Origin: Strigamia acuminata
Lineage: Eukaryota
Assembly (NCBI GenBank): GCA_949358305.1
Contig: OX442314.1
Coordinates: forward strand, 558,001 to 622,000
Reading direction: 5' to 3'
Length of the DNA: 64,000 nucleotides
Of this stretch, positions 21,224-33,180 are shown in pieces. Numbering within the stretch: the first letter of the stretch is position 1; each line of letters begins with the position of its first letter. Position numbers and translations under genes: made by a program. The notes beneath the pieces were generated by a model, which saw nothing but the letters and a program-made list of their open reading frames with translations, searched no databases and was not told the origin of the DNA.

Positions 21224-22673
21224 CAGGGGTTCTCAAACTTTTTAGCATTGCGACCCATTTTTAAGAAAGGCGATCTTCTGCGCCCCACTTCGTCATCAAG
21301 CTGCTATTTTTGCGGATAATAAAACTTCTCCAAAATGGTTTCATAAGTGTGGATAATGCAAATAGAGCATTTTTGCAACAAAATTTTTTAAATTGGAGGT
21401 AGTTTTTAGTCCGCAATTGTCGCAATCGGACCATAATGCCGCAATTTTGCGGAAAATCCGCAATTTGCCAATTTTGGGGGGTTTATTACGACAATTGAGT
21501 GAACGTGTGTATTGCGTGATACCGTATCACACAATAATTTCGTTTAAAAACTTCAAATTATGTTTAAAAACTTCAAATTATGTTTAAAATCTTCAAATTA
21601 CGTTTAAAAACTTCAAATTATGTTTAAAAATTTCGAATTTTCTTTAAAAACTTTAAATTTCCTTTAAAAACTTTAAATTTTGTTTAACATTAGAAGGGCC
21701 GGAATTTCGGCCTACCTAGAAAGGCCAAAACCGGTCAAAATAACTTAACAATACGTGCACCAAACGTTCACCAATAACATGCACAATACGTCCACAATAT
21801 GAAAATACAATGTTCCGGCGTCAATTTTATGAAACATGCGAAGAAAATAACAAAACGAAAATTGATGAATTTTATAAAACCTGATAGAATCAAAATTTCG
21901 TTTTAATTCCATCAGGTTTTATAAAATCCATCAATTTTCGTTTTGTTATTTTCTTCGCATGTTTCATTAAATTGACGCCCGAACATGATATTTTCATATT
22001 GTGCATGTATTGTTAAGTTATTTTGACCGGTTTTGACCGTTCTGGGTAAATTGTGTTTTATTTTATTTTATTTTTTAGTAAAATGCAATGTTTGCTGATT
22101 TATGATGTTAAGCATCATAAATCAGCTAAAGTCAAGAAATTACAACATTGTAAACCCATTGGGTTTACTGCTACAGCCGTTGTAAACAGCTGTACCGGTC
22201 AAAATGACCGGTTTGGCCCTTCTAGTGTTAAAACCTTAAAATTTTGGTCAAAAATTTCCCGGATGAGCCCGCAATAAGTCCGCAAAATGCCGTTTTTTAA
22301 TGCCGCTTTCCAACCGCAATTTCACCGTTTTAAGTCCGCAAAAATAGCAGGCGTAATTCATCGGTGCGAAATTTTTTTCCCATCCTGCAAAATTCATCAC
22401 TTTGGAGACCTAGAATAGCTACAAACCTCCATTTTTGGGAGTTTTGGAGGATTTTGGGTTGTTTTTGTAGATTTTCAGAGATTTTTGTGATGATTTGGAA
22501 CCTTTTGCTAGCCTGCTGTGTATTGCAACCAACTGCAGGCAGTAAGTTGGAATTGGAATTGACAAAAATTGAAAAAAACAGAAATTAAAAACAAATTTTG
22601 CAAACAAACATTTTGGGCGACGAAGTGATTGAACACCGTTGCGCCCCACCAAAAATCAGTTTGAGAAACGCTG
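21224..22673. mobile_element. hAT-type MITE containing nested insertions
   Basis: CAGGGGTTCTCAAAC...GTTTGAGAAACGCTG with 8-bp TSD AACTAAAC; inner IR pair GCTATTTTTGCGGA (~21303/22335). Confidence 0.85.
21688..22227. mobile_element. TTAA-flanked piggyBac-like MITE with an internal palindrome
   Basis: TTAA-CATTAGAAGGGCC...GGCCCTTCTAGTG-TTAA; internal inverted arms ~21730-22040; ACCGGTCATTTTGACCGG motif shared with positions 35-75. Confidence 0.75.
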
Positions 22674-23031
22674 AACTAAACGTAAGATTTAAGATTTAAG
22701 ATTGTGTTTATGTCCTTTTTAGCGTTTCTGTGAAGCTTCACCCGCAAGCATTACCTTAATTTTTTCATGCAGCAGCCATTTTGAATTTTAGCGTAAAAGC
22801 GAAAACTAGAGTGCATAAATTATTCAGAAAAGCACTCTTTAGCACGTTTTAAACTGCTCAAAATAACAAAAGAGCGTTTATAGAAACGTTTAGAACGTAT
22901 ATTCGTTCTTCAGCTATGTGTGTGTCTCATTGTCGTCATTTCCATCGGCGCCTACATCGTCACTTATTATCTGTTCAATAATCATTGTATCACACTTGTA
23001 TCTCATTTCTTTTTACTCCTTTGGAGTGCGA

Positions 23032-23063
<32 letters not shown>

Positions 23064-26000
23064 GAGCACATTTCAAATAAGAGCACAAACAATGACGCAA
23101 TGTTTTCCAGAAAACGATAAACAGATGGCGCTTTCTAGGAATATTTCAACGTTGCGAGACAATGGCGACACTTCCGGTCAACATATTAAACACAAAGCGT
23201 AAAAATAGAGAAAATTAGCGTAAAATTGAGCTAAAGCGCTGAAAAGCAAGTGCGAAACTGTCTATTCGTACATTTTTCCGTAAATTTCAAATAAATGAAA
23301 AGTGATAGCTTTGTAAGGACAGATGGCAAATGACGTAGCGCTTCCGTTTCTAGGAAATCAAGGACAGGATTAATCATTCGCGCGAAAAAGCATTGTCGGG
23401 TAAATGCAGGCCGAAGCCTCAGTGTTAAGTCAACGGATTCTATAACGGAACGTGTCTGATGTTTTCTGATGAGATCGGCCATTTTGGGTGATCAAAATGG
23501 TGGAAAATGTTTCCTTGAGCGCATTTTCAGGTTGCAAATGGCGAATTTTGCGATTGGTTTTCGAAATTAACGGAAATTCCGATAGAAAACGTGATTTTCC
23601 GTTTAAAACGACGAAGTTTTGTGTTATTTTTTAGTGTCTGTACTGTCGTTACGGAAGATATTTTTGAAGATAGAAAAATAAAGATTAAACCGGAAGTTTG
23701 TGTATTTGAAACGCGCAAATGCGAACAAATAAAACACAAATTTGTAAACCCAACCAAAGTGTCAGCTGAATTAATAATTAAGTCGACAGTCCAAGCTGCC
23801 ATTTTGATTTTTGGTCATGTCTTATAAACGTTTTCTCAACGTTTTTACATAAAAAATAAAATCCCAAACCGATTTTAGCCGAAAATTAAAAACCAAACGT
23901 TCGAATACCCCAAATTAGCGAGAAAAATAATAAATTTAATCGCAACAAACGACAAAATGGAATAAATTTGTGTCCGGTTGGACCGATCGCGTTTTGCCAT
24001 TCGTAGGCCTAAATCTTCGGTCGGTTCTCGCTTCTCGCCAGCACATTTCCATCGTTTTTTCTGCTCAAATAAATATTTCAAAACGATCGAGACCAAAAGA
24101 AATGTCCGTTTTAACGAAACAAAACATTAAATAACCAAACTCTTAAATTAATTTTAAAAAATCACGCGAAAATTTAGGCCGTGGTGGACATTTTATTTGA
24201 CGGCATTTTACTGTCAAGTTAGACAAATTTGCATTCTTCAATGCATGTTTTTGCCTTCTTAGAGTGAATACTAATAAATTTCACCTTATAAATTGCATTT
24301 TAGCAGATAACTTTACATTTTTGGATGAAAATTGAATACTTTGGGTAAAAATTGCATTTCTGCTGAAAAACTAAATTTTTTTTTGTGAAAACTGCATTTT
24401 TGACGCGAAATCTGGCGATTGCAATAATCAACTAATCACAATAATCGCTCATTTAATGAAACCCCTTATTAAAAAATTGTTTTAAAAATTATTATTTGGT
24501 TATTTAGCCGAATACCGAATGTTCGGCCATGGTATTCGGTTCCGAACATTCGGTGTTCGGTTATTCGGCCTTTTTGGAATTCGGTGCAATTAGAGTTAGG
24601 ACAACATTGTATCGGTTTGGAGTATAAATAAACGTTCAGTGTTCGAAGAACGTCATGTTTGAGCACAAAATCCTGGAAAAACACGATAATTTGCCCCGTT
24701 TTTTTTTATTTATTATTTCCTAGTATTATTTTTGGCACATAATTAGGATATTTCTGTCGTAGCATTGTATTTTCTTGCAAAGCGACATCGCGTGATGGAT
24801 TTGAATTTGCAACCGTCAAATATTGAAAAAAATTGGAAAAAAAATTGAAAAAATTGAAATGGAAATAAATAAATAAATATAATCTGTAGGGTGATTTTTT
24901 TTTATCGATTATTTCTAATTTTTATGCTCGGTTTTGTCGGTTTGAATTGAATTTTGAGTCGGCGGCATTTCGACTCGTTTTTCGTTTTTCGTTTCGTTTT
25001 AGCTCGTTTAAAACGCAATTTTTTACACAAAATGCGAGGAAGAAGCTGTGTGGGGTTGTTTTGGCATGAAATGCGAATTTACACCGTGTTGATTGAGATA
25101 ATAATAGTGAGAAATCGGCGTGCGGTCGACGCCGTTTAGGCCTAAAAGTGCATGAGCTCGGCCAAAATGTCGGGCGCAAATCAAAGGTGGAAATCGCGAC
25201 TGTTTCACCTTTTAATCGCCGAAAATTTGCATTTATTAACGAAAATACCATCGAGTAGACGTCCAGATGTCTTTGCGGATTTTTTCCGACGGTTAAAACG
25301 TCCGAAATTCGACAAATTCGAAATGATTTTCAATTTTTTGGGTGAAAATGTGCGAAAATGAATATGTTGGCTTTGCCGCGTGTCTCGCGTGCAAAGCGGC
25401 AAAATGTAGCGGAATACAACCCCAAAAAAAACGGAATGGAAAACCAAAAAATTCCATTTCATTTCTTTGTTTCGAAATTTCCGGAAACAATCAACAAAAA
25501 AAACAAACAAATTAATTAAAATTGTCGTAATGTGTTATTTTTTTTTTTTTACCATTGCAATTAATTACTCTTTTAAATCGTCCGTTTGCGTGACGACTTT
25601 TTGTCGTAATATTTATCCAATTTGTCGCTTATTATTCGTTATTATTACGAATTAAAATCGTCGAAAAATGCCACCTAAAGAAAAAAAAATTTAAATTTAA
25701 ATCAAATTTGCAAAAAAAAAAAAAAAAAAAATTGCAAAATTGATAAATAAATAAATTGCTTCAAATTTTTTGAATAAAATGTGTGATTTCGAGCGAAATC
25801 GGAGCGATTTTCGAGTTTTTCTCTGTCCGCCTCTCTCTTTTCCTTCCTTCCTTCCCACCCCCAAGAATGAAATCGCGAGCGCAGTTGTCAGACGAGAAGT
25901 TTACCGCCATTTTAGTCGCGCCGATCCCTCCGCACATGTGCTTTCTAAATAAGGCGAAAAAAAAGCAACCCGAACCGAACAGAAAACCACGCGTAAAACC

Positions 26001-26291
26001 GCCAAAAAACCAACCCCGAGCGAAAAACCACGTAAAAACAATCGATAATTTATTCAAAAAATAAACACGTTTGTAAACGTTTCCGACACAAAGCGAGCTC
26101 GGGATGCGGAACTATTTTCTTCGCCGATCATGTTTCGAGAGAGAGAAACGAGCGTGACGCGGTCAGCTATTTCCTGTGTCGGCTAAGTTGGCCCTCGTTG
26201 TCCCCGAGTTTTGGCAGCGAAAAATCGCCATATCTGTCACAAAGTGTCGTGGCCGAGTGGATACGTGAAATGGAATGGCCGCGATACGAAT

Positions 26292-29200
26292 ATGAGCGAA
26301 GGTAGCGGCGACGAGTAAGTAAAAGAGTGCGGCGCTGCTCTTTGTGCGAGCGCGAGAGGATGAGCCCGAGAGCCTGAGCCAAAGCGTCATGACCGACGAG
26401 GCGACTCACCGCGCCTCGTTCGTTGTTTTTCGCACAAATCGAGACGAAACGGGCGAGAAAAGTGGCATTTCGGCACGAAAAAACACTAAGATAGTCGCGA
26501 GACACGTTCGGAAGGTGTTTGGAGTGCTTTGTAGGCCTATTCGCGTCCGTTTCGAGTGGGTCGAGCCAACTACGTGGTGTTGATCAATGGACGGCCAACT
26601 TCATTCATAATTTTTCTAGTCGATAAACGAGTCGCTTTTTGAGCATCCGATTAATGCGTGTCGTCGATCGTGTGCGAACGTTTGTTTGTTTGCTGTTTGC
26701 TGTTTGCACGTGCATTGTGTTGCTTTTGGTGAGGAAAAAACGGGCTAAATTTAACGCGGCTAAAAATAACGTTTATGGTGTTGACACAAATATGAAAAAT
26801 TTAAAAAAATTTAAAAAAAATTTTAAAAAAAATTTAAAAAAATAATTTTTTTATTTTTATTTTTTTTATTTTTAGTGGGAATTACCTGGTACGTGTAAGT
26901 GCCCAGGTAATGACTAGAGACGAGTCGACGGGACTGTGGGTCCCGATACGCGGCGGCGGACTGAGCAATGTGTCGGTTCGGAAGAGGCCGGTCGTGACGG
27001 AAGACGAACCCAAACACGAATATTTAATTTTCGGAAAACGGATATCGGATCAGACGGTAAAAAGATTAAATTTGTAAACTTTTTGCTTCATCTCTGATGT
27101 TTGCAACGTGATTAATCCGCACTTTGGTTCGCGGAACTTTGCAATGAGTCAGATTAAGGTGAAACAAAAATGGCGGATTTGTGTTTATTTTTTATTTATT
27201 TTTTTATTTCAGGTTGTTTTGAGTTGCACGATTAAAAGGGATTTCGAGTACAACAAAGTGATGCCGACGTTCCACCACTGGCGGACGGGGGACAAGAAGT
27301 TCGGGCTGACGTTCCAAACGGCGGCGGACGCGCGCGCGTTCGACAAGGGGGTGAAGCAGGCGGTGGAGGATCTGCTGGACGGTGAGTGAAGTGACGTGAA
27401 GTGAAGTGAACTCGAGAAGAGTCGGAAATGTGAGCGAGCGAGCAAGAAATCGCAGCTGGCTGTAAAAATGAGGCGCGGAATGTCATTTTTAGCGTCGTAT
27501 GTTAGCGCTCGTTTCCTGTCACGTGAAGCGCGCTTCATTCTTGCACTTCGCCGATCCGAGATACACATGAAAGAATGACTAACGTGCAGCTGCGCATTTT
27601 TAAAATAAAAATTAAAAAAATTAAAAAAAAAATATATAGAAAAAATAATTAATTTTTATTTGTATTTATTTAAATGTTATTTAGCCGTGTCTTGTTAACT
27701 TGCCAAAAATACACACGCGTATCCTGTTCTTGTTGGGATTATGACTTCCTTCCTTTCGGTTCGAGGACCCACCCCCACCCCCGATTCCCCTTTGCACTTT
27801 TGGACAACCCCGTTTCCTGTATTCCAGGTGTACAGTCCGACGTCATTACACTATGTTTACATGCGCCGAATATTTCGAATATTTATGAATTATTTTCTGC
27901 ATGTAAACGCGACAAATTGATTTTTTCGGCGCACGTAAACGTAGTATTCGTCGATTTGTAGCGCTGCAATTGAGAATTGAGGCCCGGTGACGAATTGTTG
28001 ATGAAATTAATGTGTTTCTCTTTCTCTCTCTTTCTCTTTCTTTCTCTCTCTCTTTTCACGCGGCTCGTGTTTCTATTTTTGGTGAGTATTTAACGCCGGG
28101 TCTCCCACTAGACGGTCACGCCGAGTGGGGACCCGGCAAACACTCAAAAATCGCTCAAAAGTAAATTTAATTAAAATAAAAAAAATAAAAAAAAATTAAA
28201 ATGTATAAAAATTTTAAAATTGCTGATTTATTCGATAGGCCTAAACGATTCATCTTTTCTTCATGCTTCAGACGTGGGCGAAGACGACGTTTTCATGGTA
28301 AAGATTATTCGCCAAACACCGCAAACACCGCGGTACGGTGCGGTGTTTAGCGGGTATTTTGGTGAATTATCGGGAAAAATTAAAGAAATTTGTTAAAATT
28401 GTTAATTAATTTAATTTTAATTTTTCGATGCAGACCCTGGAGCTGCCGGTGGAACGCGTGGACTCGCGCTCGTCGTCCGGCTCGAGTACAAACGGCAACA
28501 ACAGTTGCGGCTTGAGTTACCCGCCGTCGCTGGTGTACCCGGAAGTGCCGCCTTACTCGTCGCCGTTCACGCACCCGCACGCCAACCACCACTACCTGCA
28601 CCGCATGCACTACATCTCGCGGCCCCAAAGGACTAGCCAAGGCAACGGCAACGGCAACGGCAGCGGCAACGGCAAGGAAACGACGACGCCGGACGACGTG
28701 TGGGTGAAGAACGGCGGCGACGACAAAATCGAGATAATCCCGGGAGAACAGTTCTCGTACGTGCAGTTCGCCCGCGAACCGCGCCCTACGCCGCACGAGT
28801 ACTCGTACCCGGTCATCGACGTGGTCAAGGACAAGTTGGAGAAGGACAAATGCGCGCCCGCCGCGCACGCGCACGGGCACGGATTCGGGTTCGGATTCGA
28901 GGCGAAGCCGCCGTTGTTGCCGACGAAGAAGCAGCGCGGCGCTCCGAGGAAGAAGGAGAAGGTGAAGAACTTGCTGCGGGAGCGCGCGCGTTGCCGCCAC
29001 TGCCACGAGATGTTCGGCGAGGAGGAGAAGGAGCGCGGACGGTGCGAGTACGCGCCGGACCACGCGCGCACCTGCGTCGACGCGGTCACGTGCATCAGGT
29101 GTGCGCAGTGCATGCTCTACCACTGCATGTCGGATGCCGAGGGGGATTTTGCGCACCACCCGTGCTCGTGCGACTCGACGGACCCCAAGTGCGGCAAACG

Positions 29201-29324
29201 CTGGTTCGGATTGGTGCTGCTCTCGCTGCTGGTGCCGTGTTTGTGCTGCTACTTGCCGCTCTGGGCGTGCCACAAGTGCGGCGCGGGCTGCGGCGTGTGC
29301 GGGGGCCGGCACGAGGCGTCCTAG
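26292..29324 (+). CDS. Spred: Sprouty-related EVH1 domain-containing protein
   Basis: Exons 26292-26314, 26877-27056 ([19 protein letters not shown]), 27213-27381 ([28 protein letters not shown]), 28239-28297 (DVGEDDVFM), 28434-29324 with the Cys-rich SPR domain ([28 protein letters not shown]). Confidence 0.95.
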
Positions 29325-30628
29325 TGACAACAATCAATCGGTTTGCACTTTTTTTCACTTTTAGTCCCGAAACCCGACGCGGTTCAACGAGCAGCAAAAA
29401 ATATAAGAAGAAAAATTATTGTTTTTGTTTTTGTTTTTGGCAGCTAATTGGTTGGTCAATTGGTCACAATTATTGTTTTGATGATTACTTAATTTTTTTT
29501 TTTGGTTTTGATTTATGTCAATGTGTTTGGTCCCTCCGCACGTGATTGGAGGGTTTGCGACGGGGTGACGTGATTGGTGCGTTGGCGGATCGGCTATTGG
29601 TTGGCTTTCGTGTCGGTTTAGCATATTTTTGTGTTTTTTTTTTTATTTTTTTTTGCTGTAGTTGGACATGGTAGTTGCATATTTTAAAGGATTAAAATGC
29701 CAAATTTTTGTATACAGATTTGTACATAAATTATTTGGTCAGTTGGACCTTTTCAAAGTATAAAAATAAGAGTTTTAAGTGGGGAAAAAATCTATTTCTG
29801 GTTATAAACATTTTTTTTTTTTATTATTATTATTGATTAATTAATTATTGATAATGACAGATGTATTATAAATAGTGAATAGTTGGTTTTATATTGCTGA
29901 GATGATGTAAAACGGTTTGATGGCGGAAAGCAGCTAAATCGATTTGAGAAAAAGTCGAGGAACAGCAGTTTTGTTGTAAATATTGCATTTTTTTAAAAAA
30001 AATGAAAGAAAGCGAAAAAAATCCCACAATTTGTCGTGCAGTTATATAAACAAATAATTATTTTTCATTTTTCAGTTTTTAAATGTTTGTAAATATATAT
30101 ATATTTTTTTTATTTTTAAAAAAATATCCGTGTAATTGAAACGAATTTAACGTAGAAAACAAAAATCCAAAAACGAAAAAAAAAATATTCAACTTTTCAA
30201 TTATTTTCAATTATTTCGAATATTGTTTTTGTTTTTAGAAAACAAATTGTACAGATTGAGTTGGAAAATAATCGATTATTATAATTTTTTTTTTGAAAAA
30301 AAAAATTTGTTTGTGTGTGCAGAATTAACGTGACCTGTCGTTTCTTAATTAACGGTTAACGCCCGCATTAGGGGTCCAATTTACAATCTATTCTATCGGT
30401 ACACTTCGTATACAGTCCCTATCTGATCACTGCCCTTGTAAAAAAAAAAAAATAACGAAACGGGGGTGTTCGATGCTACTGCTGTTACTGGCCAGTTGAT
30501 TTCATTTTTCTTTGATTTTAAGAAAAACAAAAAAAAAATTAAAAATAAAAAGATCCTTAATAAAAACATATTGCTGAAATAAACCTAAATAGCCACTTTA
30601 TTCATTAATTTCGTATTTTTATCAAAAC

Positions 30629-32863
30629 TCAGGCGGGTAACGACGCTTGCACCGATTTCGGCATTTTCTCGAGGTACCACGAGTGCTCGGCGGCCGAATG
30701 AGTGGCCAGAACGCCGCCGCTGTTAGGATGTTTCACGTTTTTGTCGTATTTCATCGCGGAGCCGTGGACGTCGGTCAGTTTTCCGCCCACGCATTTCAAA
30801 ATGGCTTCCGGGGCGCAAGTGTCCCACTTTTTGCAGCCGGGGCTCGCGAACACGTAAGCGTGGGCTTCACCCTCGATGAGTAAAAGCACCTGCAATTAAT
30901 TTTCGTTAATTTTCGTTTATTTTCGTCCATTTTGGTTTTACTTTGTGACCCGCGCCGCCCACGCGGATTATTTGCGTCGGGTCCATGGCGTCGATCGCTT
31001 TCTGGACGTCCGGGGTCAAATGCGACCTGGTTGTCGTGAGGATGCGTTGTCCCTGCGGCGGGGCTTTGAGTTTGATACCGAAGGCGCCGAGTCCGATGAG
31101 GCCCCAGATGGTGCGACCCATTTCTTGCGGTTTGTCGGTCGACGTGTAGTTGAAGTAGGGCTGGTGGATGACGCCGCCGACCGCTTCTCCGTTGACGGAA
31201 ATGCCGATTAGGATGGTCACGTGGTCGAGCAAACCTAATTGATCGATTGATTTGGTTTTATTGCGAGTTGTTTGGTTTTTGGCAATTTTTTGACGGACCT
31301 TGAGTGTATTCGGAGGTTCCGTCCAGTGGGTCCACCCAGATGACGATCTGAATCGAATTAAAGTTTTAGGAATTGTGGATTTTGGTTTGATTTTAGTTTA
31401 CTTGGTCGTCTTGTAGGGCTGAGAATTCGTCGGGGCATTTGTTTTTCAACACGTCCTGGTCATAATCGGATATAATCCAATCGTCGTTTACATGGTCGTC
31501 CTTGGAAAGTGTCTGGGGATTAAAATATTGGTAAGTACAGAGCAAGAAAAACTATTTGAACAATAAATTAATTGTAAATTTAGCTAAAATCGATTAATTT
31601 TTGTTAAATTTAGCTCAAATCGATTAATTTTTGTTAAATTTAGCTCAAATCGGTTAATTTTCGTTAAATTCAGCTCAAATCGATTAATTTTCGTTAAATT
31701 TAGCTCAAATCGATGAATTTTCGTTAAATTTAGCTCAAATCGATGAATTTTCGTTAAATTTAGCTCAAATCGATTAATTATCGATTAATTGTCGATAAAT
31801 TTAGACGAAATTCTAGAAATTTTCGATAAATTTAGACGAAATTCTAGAAATTTTCGATAAATTTAGACGAAATTCTAGAAATTTTCGATAAATTTAGACG
31901 AAATTCTAGAAATTTTCGATAAATTTAGACGAAATTCTAGAAATTTTCGATAAATTTAGACGAAATTCTAGAAATTTTCGATAAATTTAGACGAAATTCT
32001 AGAAATTTTCGATAAATTCAGACGAAATTCTAGAAATTTTCGATAAATTTAGACGAAATTCTAGAAATTTTCGATAAATTTAGACGAAATTCTAGAAATT
32101 TTCGATAAATTTAGACGAAATTCTAGAAATTTTCGATAAATTTAGACGAAATTCTAGAAATTTTCGATAAATTCAGACGAAATTCTAGAAATTTTCGATA
32201 AATTTAGACGAAATTCTAGAAATTTTCGATAAATTTAGACGAAATTCTAGAAATTTTCGATAAATTTAGACGAAATTCTAGAAATTTTCGATAAATTTAG
32301 ACCAAATTCAAAAAATTTTCTTTACAAATTTGGCTAAAAATCCATTTCAACAAATTTTTCAACAAATTCTTCAATAAATAATTCCAAAATGTCGGAAATT
32401 TTCTAAAATAAATTCATGCAGACAGTCGAATATTCAAATTTTTTCCTTCCGAAACTGTGCATTACTTCTTCTCCAATGACAGTAATCTTTGGAAATTGTC
32501 TCGCCAGCGATGACACGATACAATGTTGCACCGAGCGGTCAGCTTGAGTTTGCAAGTCATTCAAACCCTGAAAAGAAAACGAAGAAAAACGCTCGTCACA
32601 ACAGGAAATAAAAAAATAAGGAAAAACATTCAAATCAATTTCTATGTTTTCCTAATTAGTTCCTTATATAATTAAACAGAAATGTTGCAACAAGTTACGC
32701 AAACACAGTTAACATTTTCACCCATAAAAATCACCTTTTCCACGATACCTAAATCTCCTTTGCTCATTATATCGCGAATTATTTTCCCAGCGCGATTAAC
32801 TATCATCACAGACGATGAAAGGACTCGCATTAACAGCGAGCCCGTTGGTCCCGTCGATGTCAT
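30629..32863 (-). CDS. BPNT1: 3'(2'),5'-bisphosphate nucleotidase 1
   Basis: Inositol monophosphatase family motifs: [65 protein letters not shown]; about 6 exons. Confidence 0.93.
31570..32305. repeat. Adjacent 30-bp and 31-bp minisatellites in a BPNT1 intron
   Basis: (TTAAATTTAGCTCAAATCGATTAATTTTCG)n followed by near-identical (ATAAATTTAGACGAAATTCTAGAAATTTTCG)n. Confidence 0.9.
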
Positions 32864-33180
32864 CCTGCTCGCAGTCGACGATCAAATGATACAATTTGCA
32901 CTACGGCGCAAACAACGTCACCAGTACGAACTAACCAAAGGATTATACCAAATAATAAAATCCAAATAAGGAATTAAATAAAAAAGAATTATTTAATTTT
33001 TAATTACATTCAATATGTTTCATTATCAAAAAATTAAATTAAAACAGATCAGAGCATTAAGTATTGTCCTGCGAGTAACCGATTCGAGTTAACACCGTCT
33101 GGTGGTATTTTTTTTAAACAATCGATTGGAAGAAGATATTTGTTTTTTGTTATTTTAATTTTATTCTAAGAGATACATTT

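Noticed and set aside
26654..26730. Hydrophobic ORF with a GTGAGG donor as another Spred first exon
   Set aside because: Phase 0, incompatible with the phase-2 acceptor at 26877.
28380..29545. Long overlapping or antisense ORFs (also 9254-10107, 49875-50630, 55130-56095)
   Set aside because: Shadows of GC-rich coding exons with few stop codons in alternative frames.
31790..32300. Regular repeat array that might look like CRISPR
   Set aside because: Head-to-tail repeats without unique spacers, eukaryotic intron, no cas genes.
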